From an uncultured delta proteobacterium (GTDB taxonomy: Bacteria > Desulfobacterota > Binatia > UTPRO1), in contig CAVZDH010000001.1 in NCBI GenBank assembly GCA_963774015.1, positions 1,206,945-1,270,944 of the forward strand: a stretch of DNA of 64,000 nt, read 5' to 3'. The notes below the pieces were generated by a model, which saw only the letters and a program-made list of their open reading frames with translations, was not told the origin of the DNA and did no database searches. The position numbers and the translations under genes are program-made. Positions 20,017-29,058 of the stretch are shown in pieces. The stretch's first letter is position 1; each line of letters begins with the position of its first letter.

Positions 20017-21894
20017 TTACCCTTGGAGCGAAACCTGGCGCCGCTGCGCGGCCTCTTGGCGCGCGCGCTCGCGTTCCTCGCGTTTTTTTTGCGCGAACTC
20101 GATCAACGGCTCGACCGGGGCTGCTTGCGGCGGCGCGAACCCGGGGAGGCTCGGCCCGACTGGCTGCAGGGGCTGGCCGTCGCGGACGCGCGGGAGGGGT
20201 ATCGGCCGAAGCGCGAGCAGCTGCGCCGCCGCGTCCTCCGCCCACGCGCCTTCGCGCAGGGGCTGGAGCTCCGCGAAGCCCTGGTCGCGGATGAAATTGA
20301 TGTGCGCACCCTCGCAGCGCTCGTTCACGCGGCAATCGCGGCAGCGGAGCGATTTGGCCTGGTACCCGTGCACGACGTGCGTTCGTGCCAACTCACGGAT
20401 GGCGATGCGACCGGTCTCCGGGTCGAACAGCTTCCGCTCGAGCACCTTGGGCGCCTCGACGAGCTGTGTTCCCGGAGCGAGACAGGCGGTCAGACCGCTG
20501 GTCCGGATGGGGAGCGCGAGCTCGGTGAAGAAGCGCTTCAGATCGCGTACGTCGTTGGCGACCGCGTCTTTCAGGAACTCGTAGGTCGGCTGATGCAGAC
20601 GGACGACGTCGAGGTACGTCTGCACGCGCTCGCGCTGCGACAGCAGCCAGGGGGCGGTGCGCTGGTTCAGCTCGATCTCGACCTCGACACTCGCGGGCAA
20701 CGGCGTCCCGCTCAGCACGACGTCGAGCTGCTCCGGTTCGCGAAGAGCGAGCAGGAGGCGGTTCGGCACGCTCGCACGATCGACGAGTCGGGAGGTGCGT
20801 TTCGGTCGCACGTAGATGCCGACGTCCGGATGCACGCCGAGAGCTTCGACGTCCGGCAGATCGTCGATCTCGAGGCCGACGGATCGGCACCCGAACGGCA
20901 GTTCGCTCGGCGCCGGCAGGGTTTCGTTGGCTCCGTTGGCGGCGCCGATCCACCAGACGTTCCAGCTCTCCCGGTTCTGGCGCTCGATTACCCGATCGGC
21001 CGTGGTGCAGAACGGCTCGATGAAGCAGTGCACGCACCGCTCCTGTTGCCGGCATTCGAGGGGAACGCCTTCGTCGAGGTACTTGCGCACCTGGAAGCGC
21101 CGCCCGTTCACCTCGTCGAGCATCTTGTGCGGATCCTGGATGAGGTCTTCCAGACCCTCGAGGAACTCGACCGGGAAGCGATTCGTCCACACCACGACGT
21201 TGGGATGGCGGTTCAGGCGAAAGACCTTCTGCAGGCGGGGCAGGTGCTCGACGGGATCGTAGAAGAGGTCGTCCCGGTTCTCGAACGCCGCGCCCTGCGG
21301 GATGACGTGCAGGAGGTCGAACTCGTTGACTCCCACCGAGAGGCAGAGCGCGACGATCTTGTCGATGTACGCCACGTTCTGCTTGTTGATGCAGACGTCG
21401 ACGTTCACGATGACGCGTCCGTCGCGGCGGGCGCGGATCATGCCCTTCATGAGCCGGTCGAAGGCGCCCTCGACGCCCGTCAGGCGGTCGTGCAGCTCGG
21501 GCGTGTGGCCGTGCAGGCTGAACGTGATCTCGCCGAGACCGGCCTCGACGGCCGCCAGGTAGAAGTCGCGCTTCGCGAACATGTAGCCGTTGGTGACCGT
21601 CTGCACCCGGTTGTAGCCGATCTCCCGGGCGTAGCGGACGAAGTCGATGAACTTCGGGTGGATCGAGCCTTCGCCGCCCGACAGGATGACCTTGTCGGCG
21701 TTCAGCTCCTCGCGCCCGCGCCGGAGCTCTTGGCGGACGTCGGGCTCCAGCAGGTACATGTTCCGCGGCGTGTCCGTGTCGAGGCAGAACACGCAGCGGC
21801 TGTTGCACGCCGTGACGAGCCGTACCCAGTGCTTCCGGACGTTGGCCGCGCGCTCGCGGTCCAGCATCCGTTCCGTCAGCTGTCCAGCATCCAT
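20017..21894 (-). CDS. radical SAM protein with a long C-terminal extension (625 aa from MDAGQ; alternative start at 21921)
   Basis: VTACNSRCVFCLD and LSGGEGS. A downstream Cys pair ..CRDCRVNERCEG, then a K/R/E-rich tail. The upstream third of the 968-aa ORF is R-rich, non-coding-like, and overlaps gene 21876..23813. Confidence 0.8.
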   Translation of the reverse strand: MDAGQLTERMLDRERAANVRKHWVRLVTACNSRCVFCLDTDTPRNMYLLEPDVRQELRRGREELNADKVILSGGEGSIHPKFIDFVRYAREIGYNRVQTVTNGYMFAKRDFYLAAVEAGLGEITFSLHGHTPELHDRLTGVEGAFDRLMKGMIRARRDGRVIVNVDVCINKQNVAYIDKIVALCLSVGVNEFDLLHVIPQGAAFENRDDLFYDPVEHLPRLQKVFRLNRHPNVVVWTNRFPVEFLEGLEDLIQDPHKMLDEVNGRRFQVRKYLDEGVPLECRQQERCVHCFIEPFCTTADRVIERQNRESWNVWWIGAANGANETLPAPSELPFGCRSVGLEIDDLPDVEALGVHPDVGIYVRPKRTSRLVDRASVPNRLLLALREPEQLDVVLSGTPLPASVEVEIELNQRTAPWLLSQRERVQTYLDVVRLHQPTYEFLKDAVANDVRDLKRFFTELALPIRTSGLTACLAPGTQLVEAPKVLERKLFDPETGRIAIRELARTHVVHGYQAKSLRCRDCRVNERCEGAHINFIRDQGFAELQPLREGAWAEDAAAQLLALRPIPLPRVRDGQPLQPVGPSLPGFAPPQAAPVEPLIEFAQKKREERERARQEAAQRRQVSLQG

Positions 21895-23813
21895 CGTACC
21901 GACCTCGCGTTCCGCTGCCATCCGATCGCCGTGCCCGGGCAGCCGATCACGGTACACACATTTCCGTCGTCGCCGCAGCTCGCAAATGCGCCGACTGGAT
22001 CCGAGCCACGCGGGGCGTACTCGACGCGTCGGCCGAACGCGACGCCGAATGCCGGCCCCTCGCCCTCCACCGACTCGCCGGAAGCACGATCGCCCACGTC
22101 GAGACCTGCTTCCTCGCACAGGCAGTGCGGCAGCACCGCCAATAGCGCCGATCGCGCGGCGCCCGCCGGCAAGCGGCGCGCGCACTCGACGACGTCGTCC
22201 AGTAAAGACCCGTCCGCCGCCAGGCGAAACCGCGGCTGCCCCGGCAGCTCGCCGCGGCTCCACGCGTCGACGAATAGGGGAACCAAGCGCGCGTCGTGGA
22301 TGATCCCGTACGCGCCGACCTCGATCGACGTGTGCTCGTGCAATCGCTCGATGCCACGCAGGGTCGCCGCGAAGGAGCCGGCGATCCCGCAGTGGGCGTC
22401 GTGGCTCGTTGCGTCGGGTCCATAGAACGCCACGTCGATGCGCCGGAGGTCCTTCAATCGACGCAAATCGACGTCGCTCCACTTGACGATGGCGCTCCCC
22501 TCGCCGGCGCATTCGACGCGCGGGAAGAGCCGGACCGCATCGAAGAGCAACGCGGCGGCCTTCGGATGAGCGAGCAGCTCGGCGCCCACGAGCTGCAACA
22601 CCGCCGGCCGGAAGCGCGCGGCCTCGACCAGCCTCGCGCGCACGGCGCGCGTCGACTCGGGTCCGAGCGTGGAATGACCGCCTGCGGTCGAATGACCGCC
22701 TGCGGTCGAATGACCGTCGGCGCACCCGTCGCACCGGAGGCGGCGGGGTCCGCGCCATGAGAGCACCATCGTTCCGGATGGCCGTACGCTCTGCTGCGCG
22801 GCGACGTTCTCCCGAACGCGCTCCGCGATCGGCGCCAGGTCGGCGAGCTCTTCCCAACCGAAGCGCGCAACGTAGTCCGCTGGGGCTCCCGCGCACTGCG
22901 GCCCGCCGGGGCAGTCCGGGCATCCGCGCCCGGCTTCGAGCCCACCATCACTCGACCGCGCCGACTCCATCGACGCGACCGACTGCGCCGACTTGGTCGG
23001 TGCGACCGTGCCGCCCGTCGTCAGCCACACTTCGGCGTCGGAGCGGGCGAAGAGCCGTCGCAGCCGCGGCGCCACGCAGAGGGGGAAATCGCGAATCACC
23101 AAGCGGGCCCGTCGCTGGAGTGCGATCGTCGCCGCGCGTTCGAGATCCTCGGCGAGCAGCGACAGGCGCGGCGAGAGCAGGACGAATTCGGGGACGTCGA
23201 CGTCGACTGCGGTGAGACGCCGGAGCGAGATCGTCCGGACACCAACGCGCGTGAGGACGTCGACCGTCTCCGCGAGATGCGGCATCGTCGGCCGGGTGAC
23301 GACGACCTCGGCCTCGACCGGCATGCCGGTGTCGACGCAGGTGCGAATCGCGCGCAGCGCCGTCTTGAGCGCGCCCGGTTGCCCGACCAACCAGTCGTGG
23401 GCATCCCGGCGTGCACAGTGAAACGGTATGCTCAGCCGCTGCACGCCGGCGGATCGCAGCCGGTCGACCACGGTGTTCGTGAGTCCGGCACCCGTGGTGC
23501 AGAGGCCCAGATTCTCGGGGCGTAGCTCCAAGAGATCGTGGAGAAGAGAGGGCAGGTCGGCGCGGCGAAGCGGATCTCCGCCACCGATCAGGAAGGCGCC
23601 GGGTCGGTCCGTGACGGCGCGCGCGGCGTGGAGGACGTCGCTCGCCGGAAGCTCATCGTCGGCCGCCGCCGCACCGCCTCGCCACGGCAAGCGGGCCGGA
23701 CCGCGAACCAGCGAGACACGGAGGTTGATGCCCCGGATCGAGGCACCTGGTCCGGGGCCCCGTCCGCGCTCTTCGCTCGACGGCGTCGGATAATCGTGGA
23801 GAGTGGTGTTCAC
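21876..23813 (-). CDS. tandem double radical-SAM-like/SPASM-like protein lacking the CxxxCxxC triad in both halves
   Basis: Half 1: ..GINLRVSLV.. (no Cys), FLIGGGDPL, then CPDCPGGPQC. Half 2: VLQLVGAELLAHP, then CGDDGNVCTVIGCPG. The halves are joined by a GGHSTA x3 linker. Confidence 0.6.
   Translation of the reverse strand: MNTTLHDYPTPSSEERGRGPGPGASIRGINLRVSLVRGPARLPWRGGAAAADDELPASDVLHAARAVTDRPGAFLIGGGDPLRRADLPSLLHDLLELRPENLGLCTTGAGLTNTVVDRLRSAGVQRLSIPFHCARRDAHDWLVGQPGALKTALRAIRTCVDTGMPVEAEVVVTRPTMPHLAETVDVLTRVGVRTISLRRLTAVDVDVPEFVLLSPRLSLLAEDLERAATIALQRRARLVIRDFPLCVAPRLRRLFARSDAEVWLTTGGTVAPTKSAQSVASMESARSSDGGLEAGRGCPDCPGGPQCAGAPADYVARFGWEELADLAPIAERVRENVAAQQSVRPSGTMVLSWRGPRRLRCDGCADGHSTAGGHSTAGGHSTLGPESTRAVRARLVEAARFRPAVLQLVGAELLAHPKAAALLFDAVRLFPRVECAGEGSAIVKWSDVDLRRLKDLRRIDVAFYGPDATSHDAHCGIAGSFAATLRGIERLHEHTSIEVGAYGIIHDARLVPLFVDAWSRGELPGQPRFRLAADGSLLDDVVECARRLPAGAARSALLAVLPHCLCEEAGLDVGDRASGESVEGEGPAFGVAFGRRVEYAPRGSDPVGAFASCGDDGNVCTVIGCPGTAIGWQRNARSVRWMLDS
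22672..22725 (-). repeat. 18-bp tandem repeat (gaatgaccgcctgcggtc, 2 perfect + 1 diverged) encoding GGHSTA x3
   Basis: Direct reading. It lies in the inter-domain linker of the 21876..23813 gene. Confidence 0.7.
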
Positions 23814-23884
23814 CTGGTGACGTCCGTTCCGTCGGGGACGGTTAGCACGTCAGCAGGGCCACCTGCCAGGATTTTCTGATCGGC

Positions 23885-25540
23885 TCAATCGCGGTTGCGC
23901 AGCGACGATCGCGCGGTGCGGAGCGCGCTGGCTTCCTGGAGCAGGTGGGCGTAGGGCCCCCGTTTTCGCCGTCCCTCCGACCTCGGGTGGAGGAGACCCC
24001 GCACCCGGTCGATGCCTGTTATCCGCTCGCCGCCGCAATTGAGCCACGAGCCATCCGACGTCACGAGCTCCTCGAGGAAGTCGGGACGGCGCCGAAGGAG
24101 CTGGAGCGCATCCGCCTGCGCGAATGCGCGGTCGACGAGGGCCCGGCTCTCCGCGACGCGCGCGTCCCAGGCCGGCTTGGTGAGCGTCGTCGTGGCCGGC
24201 AGCGGACAGGGGACCTGCTGGCCGAGGAGCATGGTCATCAGCCCCTGATAGCCGAACGTCGGATCGCCCATTACGAAGCGGTGCGCGTCGGTCTCGAGCC
24301 CGGGGCCGAACCTGGCGAAGCGTTCCAACACCGGTGCGAGCCCCGAGACCTCGACGGTTTCGCGGCAATCTCGCCAGAATGGCGTATCGAGCTTGCGATT
24401 GAACTTGTAGTGGATCGCGAGGAACCAGCGCAGGTCGTCCCAGTGTCTCCCGATGCCCTCGTTCGCGAACGCGCGGTATTCGGGGCGGTCGCCGGACGCT
24501 TGTATGCCGCCGAGCAGGTACGCGATCTCGATGATCACCATGTGGAGCGCCGTCGACTCGAGCGGCTCGACGAAGCCGTAGGAGTTGCCGATCGCCACGG
24601 TATTGCCCTTCCAGAACTCCCGGTGACGGCCGCTCCGGAAGCGCACCGACCACGGCTCGCCGAGCCCGGGATTCTTCGCCCGCATCTCGGCCAGTGCCAG
24701 GTCCGCATTCAGGTGCGCCGACGAGTACACGTAGCCGCGATGGTCCTCACCCTCGACGGGGATCCGCCAGCACCAGCCGGCATCCATCGTCTCCGCGGTG
24801 GTGTAGGGCTGAATGACGCCGGTCTGTGGGACGGTCGCCACGACCGCGGTGTCGCAGAGGAGGCTCGACGCGTAGCTCGTGAAGGGCGAGCCCAGGATCT
24901 TTTCGATCAGCAAAGCGCGGAACCCGGTCGCGTCCACATAGAGGTCGGCGCGCAGCTCACGCTCGTCGTCGAGGATCAGCCGGTCGATGCTTTCGCCGTC
25001 GGTGGTTGTCGCGTCTTTGACGACCGCGTCGACGTGATGGATCCCGCCGCGTCGAGCGTGCTTCGTGAGGTAGGTGACGAAGGGCTGGTTGTCGACGTGG
25101 TACGCGAACTTGAGATCCGGGAGGAGCGAGAGCGGGGCGCCATCGTCGCCCCGCACGATCGGCGTGCGGTTGGTCGCCATCATCATCGCGACCACCGACT
25201 GGTTCTCGATCGTGCCGTCGTGGGTGTAGGCCTCGACGACGTTGTTGTCGCCGAACCCGTAGGCGAAACGGTAGTCGCCGGGCAGTCCCCACTCGAAGTT
25301 GATGCCGAGCTTCCACGTCGGGCGGACCTCACGGTAGAAGTCGACGATGTCGATGCCGAGCTGCTGGTGCAGGAACGGCGGCATCAGAGTCGTCGTCGCT
25401 TCGCCGACGCCGATGATCGGAATCGTGCTCGACTCGACCAGCGTCACGTCGAGCTCCGGGAGCTGCCGCTTCAGCGCGAGCGCCGCGAAGTAGCCTGCGG
25501 TTCCTCCGCCGACGACGACGACGCGGCGAACAGGCCCCAT
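23885..25540 (-). CDS. FAD-dependent tryptophan-halogenase-family protein
   Basis: VVVGGGTAGY. GVGEAT. The WxWxIP motif (GWCWRIP). The length and order of motifs match PF04820. Confidence 0.85.
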   Translation of the reverse strand: MGPVRRVVVVGGGTAGYFAALALKRQLPELDVTLVESSTIPIIGVGEATTTLMPPFLHQQLGIDIVDFYREVRPTWKLGINFEWGLPGDYRFAYGFGDNNVVEAYTHDGTIENQSVVAMMMATNRTPIVRGDDGAPLSLLPDLKFAYHVDNQPFVTYLTKHARRGGIHHVDAVVKDATTTDGESIDRLILDDERELRADLYVDATGFRALLIEKILGSPFTSYASSLLCDTAVVATVPQTGVIQPYTTAETMDAGWCWRIPVEGEDHRGYVYSSAHLNADLALAEMRAKNPGLGEPWSVRFRSGRHREFWKGNTVAIGNSYGFVEPLESTALHMVIIEIAYLLGGIQASGDRPEYRAFANEGIGRHWDDLRWFLAIHYKFNRKLDTPFWRDCRETVEVSGLAPVLERFARFGPGLETDAHRFVMGDPTFGYQGLMTMLLGQQVPCPLPATTTLTKPAWDARVAESRALVDRAFAQADALQLLRRRPDFLEELVTSDGSWLNCGGERITGIDRVRGLLHPRSEGRRKRGPYAHLLQEASALRTARSSLRNRD

Positions 25541-27022
25541 CTAGCGATGCCGGCCGGCTCCGGTCGTCCAGCGCTGCAGGATCTCGATCGTCGCGCGGTC
25601 GTTCTCGTCCGCCAGTGACGCGAACAGCGTGCGTGCGACGGCCATGTGCTCCTTGCACTCGAAAGATCGCGGCCGTTGACCGAAGAGGTCTCCTTCGCGG
25701 ACGTAGCTCGTCACGGGGGAGATGCCGCAGAACGGCTTGTTCCAGCAGTCCGCGCACATCGGCTGCGCGTCGAGGAGCGATGCCGCCGTGATCGCCCGGA
25801 CCGTCGGGTGTCGGACGATGTCGGCGATCGTCAGCTTTCGCACGTTGCCGAGCGCGAAGATGGGATCCCCCAGCGCGTCGACGCGCCGTGCCTCGTCGCT
25901 CGGGAATATCTGGCCATCGACGTCGTACAGGAGCTCGCTCGTCCCGGCCGAGCACGGCGATCGGATCTCCCGCGCAGCGGGATTCCCGCAGGACAGGATG
26001 CTGTTCAGGAACCCCGACGCCGTTCGCTCGGCGAGGCGCACCCCGCTGCGATTCAGCTCCAGGATATGGCCGAACGCACGGTCGTAGAATGCCAGGTATT
26101 CCTCGGCAGTGTACCCGATCGTTTGCCACGCCTCGGCGTCGAAGCCGAGCGGGCTGAGCGGTTGCAGCTGGATGGACTGCATCCCACGAGCCACGTACTC
26201 GTCCACGACCTCGCGCCACGCCGGCAGCGTTCGCCGCGTCGTCGTGACTCTGGTGTCCACGTGCCAAACCTCGGGATCGCGACCGAGGTCGCGGTATCGA
26301 CGCTCGAACCACGCGAGCCACCGCACCACGTCCGCGTGTGCGCCGGCCACCGTGTACCTGCGGTTCCACTCGTGGATCTCGGCTGGTCCGTCGAGCCACG
26401 TCCGGACGGCGACGTCGTTTGCGAGCAGCCACTCCGCGGTCTCCTCCGTCATCCCGCTCAGGTTGCTGACGAGCGTGAAGCGGAGCGTCTTGCCCGCGGC
26501 GCGCTCGTTCGTCGCCCGCGCGAATTCCACCAGGTGCCGGACGCCGTCGACGTTCAGCAGCGGCTCGCCCGCATGCGCCTGCAGCTCGAACGACACCGAA
26601 GGGGACGTGGTCTGGAGCGCGACGTCGACGATGCGCTCGGCCGTTTTCCGATCGAGGTCCAGGCGAGCGTCGGGTGACGCGGACGGGGCCTCGCCACGGT
26701 CATCGCAGCGCCGGGTCATCATGACGACGTGCAGCTCCGGCCCGCGCGCGACATGGCCCACGCGCCGCGCCAGCCTGGTTGCGAGCGCGTCGAGATCGAG
26801 GCCGTCGCGAAGAAAACCCCCGGCGTGGAGCTGCGCGAAGCGCGGGTGGCCTTCCGTGACCTCTCCCGCGAGCAGTTGGACGAACTCCGGCTCGCTCAGG
26901 AGCACCCAATCGCCACCGTCCGTGGTGATCAGAACCTTCCCGGCGATTCGGCCCCAGCGAAAGAATCCCAGCCGATCGATCGCGACCGTCGACGGGAAAG
27001 GTACCGCGAAGCTCGCGGACAT
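25541..27022 (-). CDS. HxsB/HxsC-like radical-SAM-fold maturase homolog with a degenerate Fe-S motif (..MTRRCDDRGEAP..) and a C-terminal SPASM-like cluster
   Basis: Second rSAM motif QAHAGEPLL. CADCWNKPFCGISP. Only one Cys where CxxxCxxC is expected. Tightly packed with neighbours (1-nt and 0-nt junctions). Confidence 0.65.
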   Translation of the reverse strand: MSASFAVPFPSTVAIDRLGFFRWGRIAGKVLITTDGGDWVLLSEPEFVQLLAGEVTEGHPRFAQLHAGGFLRDGLDLDALATRLARRVGHVARGPELHVVMMTRRCDDRGEAPSASPDARLDLDRKTAERIVDVALQTTSPSVSFELQAHAGEPLLNVDGVRHLVEFARATNERAAGKTLRFTLVSNLSGMTEETAEWLLANDVAVRTWLDGPAEIHEWNRRYTVAGAHADVVRWLAWFERRYRDLGRDPEVWHVDTRVTTTRRTLPAWREVVDEYVARGMQSIQLQPLSPLGFDAEAWQTIGYTAEEYLAFYDRAFGHILELNRSGVRLAERTASGFLNSILSCGNPAAREIRSPCSAGTSELLYDVDGQIFPSDEARRVDALGDPIFALGNVRKLTIADIVRHPTVRAITAASLLDAQPMCADCWNKPFCGISPVTSYVREGDLFGQRPRSFECKEHMAVARTLFASLADENDRATIEILQRWTTGAGRHR

Positions 27023-27312
27023 TACTGAGCGCCCTCCGGACGGCCCTCCGGGCGGCCCTCCGAGGCTTCGGGCGCCTCCGGCGCCTCGAGCGCGGCGGCC
27101 CGCCGCATTCGCACGACGGTTTCCTGCAAGGCGAGGTTGCAGAACGAGTGCTCGATCGTGTCGCGATCAGCGCCGCGAACGGCGCCGACGACCGCGACCA
27201 CCGCGTCGCCCGAGTGCTCGAGGGCGATGTCCGCGTACTCGGCGTAGGTCGCCGCTGCTGCCTCGACGGCGTCGGGAGCGTACAGCGATCGGTCGAAGGT
27301 GATCCGGCCCAT
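27022..27312 (-). CDS. HxsD-like small protein (96 aa)
   Basis: MGRITFDRSLYAPDAVEAAAATYAEY..EHSFCNLALQETVVRMRR. Pattern Y..EAI..AAY...(40 aa)..F.N.LL....R. The upstream 41 codons of the ORF look spurious. Confidence 0.55.
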   Translation of the reverse strand: MGRITFDRSLYAPDAVEAAAATYAEYADIALEHSGDAVVAVVGAVRGADRDTIEHSFCNLALQETVVRMRRAAALEAPEAPEASEGRPEGRPEGAQ

Positions 27313-27328
27313 CCGAAACGTGGCGACC

Positions 27329-27838
27329 CTACTTCGGCTCGCTTCCCTTGTCGCTTTGCTTCCCTTCCCAGGGAACGGAGATCTCGAGCGGGTCGTCCCC
27401 GAGCTCTTCCGCGTCGAGCTCGGCGAGGAGATCATCGACGGACGGCGCCGAGGCCGCTGCTCGCAACGCTGCGGCCGTGTAGTACTCGCGGATGCGCGCG
27501 GCGGCGTGCGATAGGCGCAGCCGCGTCGCCTGCGAGAGCATCTCGTTCATGAACTCGCCGGCGAGCACTTCGAGCTCGGCGGACGTCGCTGGTGCACGCG
27601 ACGTCAAGCGAACGTTCACCACCTGGGGTCTCGGCCGGGAGAGAAACACGAAGCACCGGTCGACGAAAAGATACGCCCCCCCGTAGATCGCTTCGAGGGA
27701 ATAGACCGTCTCGTCGACGTCGAATGATGCATGATCGCGCCCGAACGAGACGCCGAGGCGCGACTCGGGGACTTCCGACCGAACGTCATGTTCACCGATC
27801 GCCACGGCTCTTCCTTTCGCCCGTCGTTCTTGGTTCAC
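27329..27838 (-). CDS. second HxsD-like paralog (up to 169 aa; start uncertain)
   Basis: ..VYSLEAIYGGAYLFVDR..GEFMNEMLSQATRLRL. Same pattern as above. GTG start at 27838. Confidence 0.45.
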   Translation of the reverse strand: MNQERRAKGRAVAIGEHDVRSEVPESRLGVSFGRDHASFDVDETVYSLEAIYGGAYLFVDRCFVFLSRPRPQVVNVRLTSRAPATSAELEVLAGEFMNEMLSQATRLRLSHAAARIREYYTAAALRAAASAPSVDDLLAELDAEELGDDPLEISVPWEGKQSDKGSEPK

Positions 27839-28210
27839 CGGTGCGGGCCAGCGTCTGCTCGCGCACGAGGACGACGGATGTAGCTCAATTGCGAACTGGC
27901 GGGCAACAACGTCGTCGAAATGGAGATGTGGCGTCGGCGATCGCGTTCCGCATGATGCACCGTGTCTCCTCCCAGTCGGGACGTTCCTGCTACCTGGTCG
28001 CGCGTGTCGACGATGAGTCGCTCCAGGTGGCGCTCAATTCCGAGCGGGGCACGGCGCACGCGACCTGCGCCTGCACGAATGCACGATGTCGTGCGTTGCG
28101 CACGACGCGCGGCCCGTGCGGGTGCAGCCGTGTGTGGAGCCGATTCATCGCTGCCGATCATCCTGCGCCAAAAAGTCGCGCCAAAATTTCGTCGCCTCCT
28201 TACTTTTTCA

Positions 28211-28236
28211 TTGACAAGTTCCCCTGCACCTATGGT
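28211..28236 (+). promoter_or_regulatory. candidate sigma70-like promoter (TTGACA ..14 nt.. TATGGT) in the divergent intergenic region. Local GC drop at 28140-28320.
   Basis: Direct reading. The spacer is short, so this is weak. Confidence 0.2.
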
Positions 28237-28415
28237 AGCGGATCGCGTCCCCAAGTGCCGCGCCCCCACATGTCGCACATATCGCTCATAAGCGTTTCGC
28301 AAAAAGGCGGCTCGTCCGCGATGACGATCCACGCGGTGGTGGTCTCTGCGGAGCGGCATGGTGGGGAAGGATGTCGGAGGCGCGAGGGAGTCAGGTTTCC
28401 AGAAGGGAGCGGGCG

Positions 28416-29021
28416 ATGCTTTCACGACGCGAATTGATCGGCAAAGCGGCAGTGGGTGCGGCCGCAGCGTTGGCAGTGGGGGGCATGGGAACGGCGGTGG
28501 CGGCGACGCGGCCCCTGCGGGTGCCGATGGACGATCCCACGCGCGGCCGGGACGGGCGGACAGCGACGGACGCGCCCATGGACGCCGCGGAGGCGCCGGA
28601 CGCCGCCGCAGCGAGCGCCGCGCCGCCGCCCTGGGAGCTGCTGGCGCCGTTCCGTGCGGGCGCCGTGGTCGCGCACGGCTGGCGTCTCGTCGACGTGACG
28701 CCGATCCGGGACGGATCGGCGGTCGTGACGCTGCAGAACGCGCGTGGGCGCGCGCACCGCGTGCATCTTTGCCGCAATGACGGGAGCCCGCAGGGGATCG
28801 TCTACACGCGGCGGGTCGATCTCGTGGTGATGAATCAGGGCTACGGGGATCTTCCGACCGAGGAGCATCTGGGGCAGGCCGTTGCGACGCTGGCGCATGC
28901 GGTGGCGGCCAACGAGGCCCGGGTGCCGGACGGCGTATTCGCCGAGCTCGTGCCGCACGCCGAGCGCGTGCGGCGCTACGCGGCGGCGGCGGATGCTTCG
29001 GCGGACGGCAGGCTGCGGTGA
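28416..29021 (+). CDS. Tat-signal secreted hypothetical protein
   Basis: RBS agggagcgggcg, then MLSRRELIGKAAVGAAAALAVGG (twin-arginine motif). It lies 37 nt upstream of the HxsA-like gene. Confidence 0.6.
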   Translation: MLSRRELIGKAAVGAAAALAVGGMGTAVAATRPLRVPMDDPTRGRDGRTATDAPMDAAEAPDAAAASAAPPPWELLAPFRAGAVVAHGWRLVDVTPIRDGSAVVTLQNARGRAHRVHLCRNDGSPQGIVYTRRVDLVVMNQGYGDLPTEEHLGQAVATLAHAVAANEARVPDGVFAELVPHAERVRRYAAAADASADGRLR

Positions 29022-29058
29022 CGGGCGGACGCAAGCGAACTCAGGTGAAGGAGCCGAC

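Noticed and set aside
20017-22923. Full 968-aa extent of the ORF containing the 625-aa rSAM protein
   Set aside because: The N-terminal 340 codons are R-rich and low-complexity, and they overlap the well-formed 21876..23813 gene in another frame. The true start was taken at MDAGQ (21894) or MAAEREV (21921).
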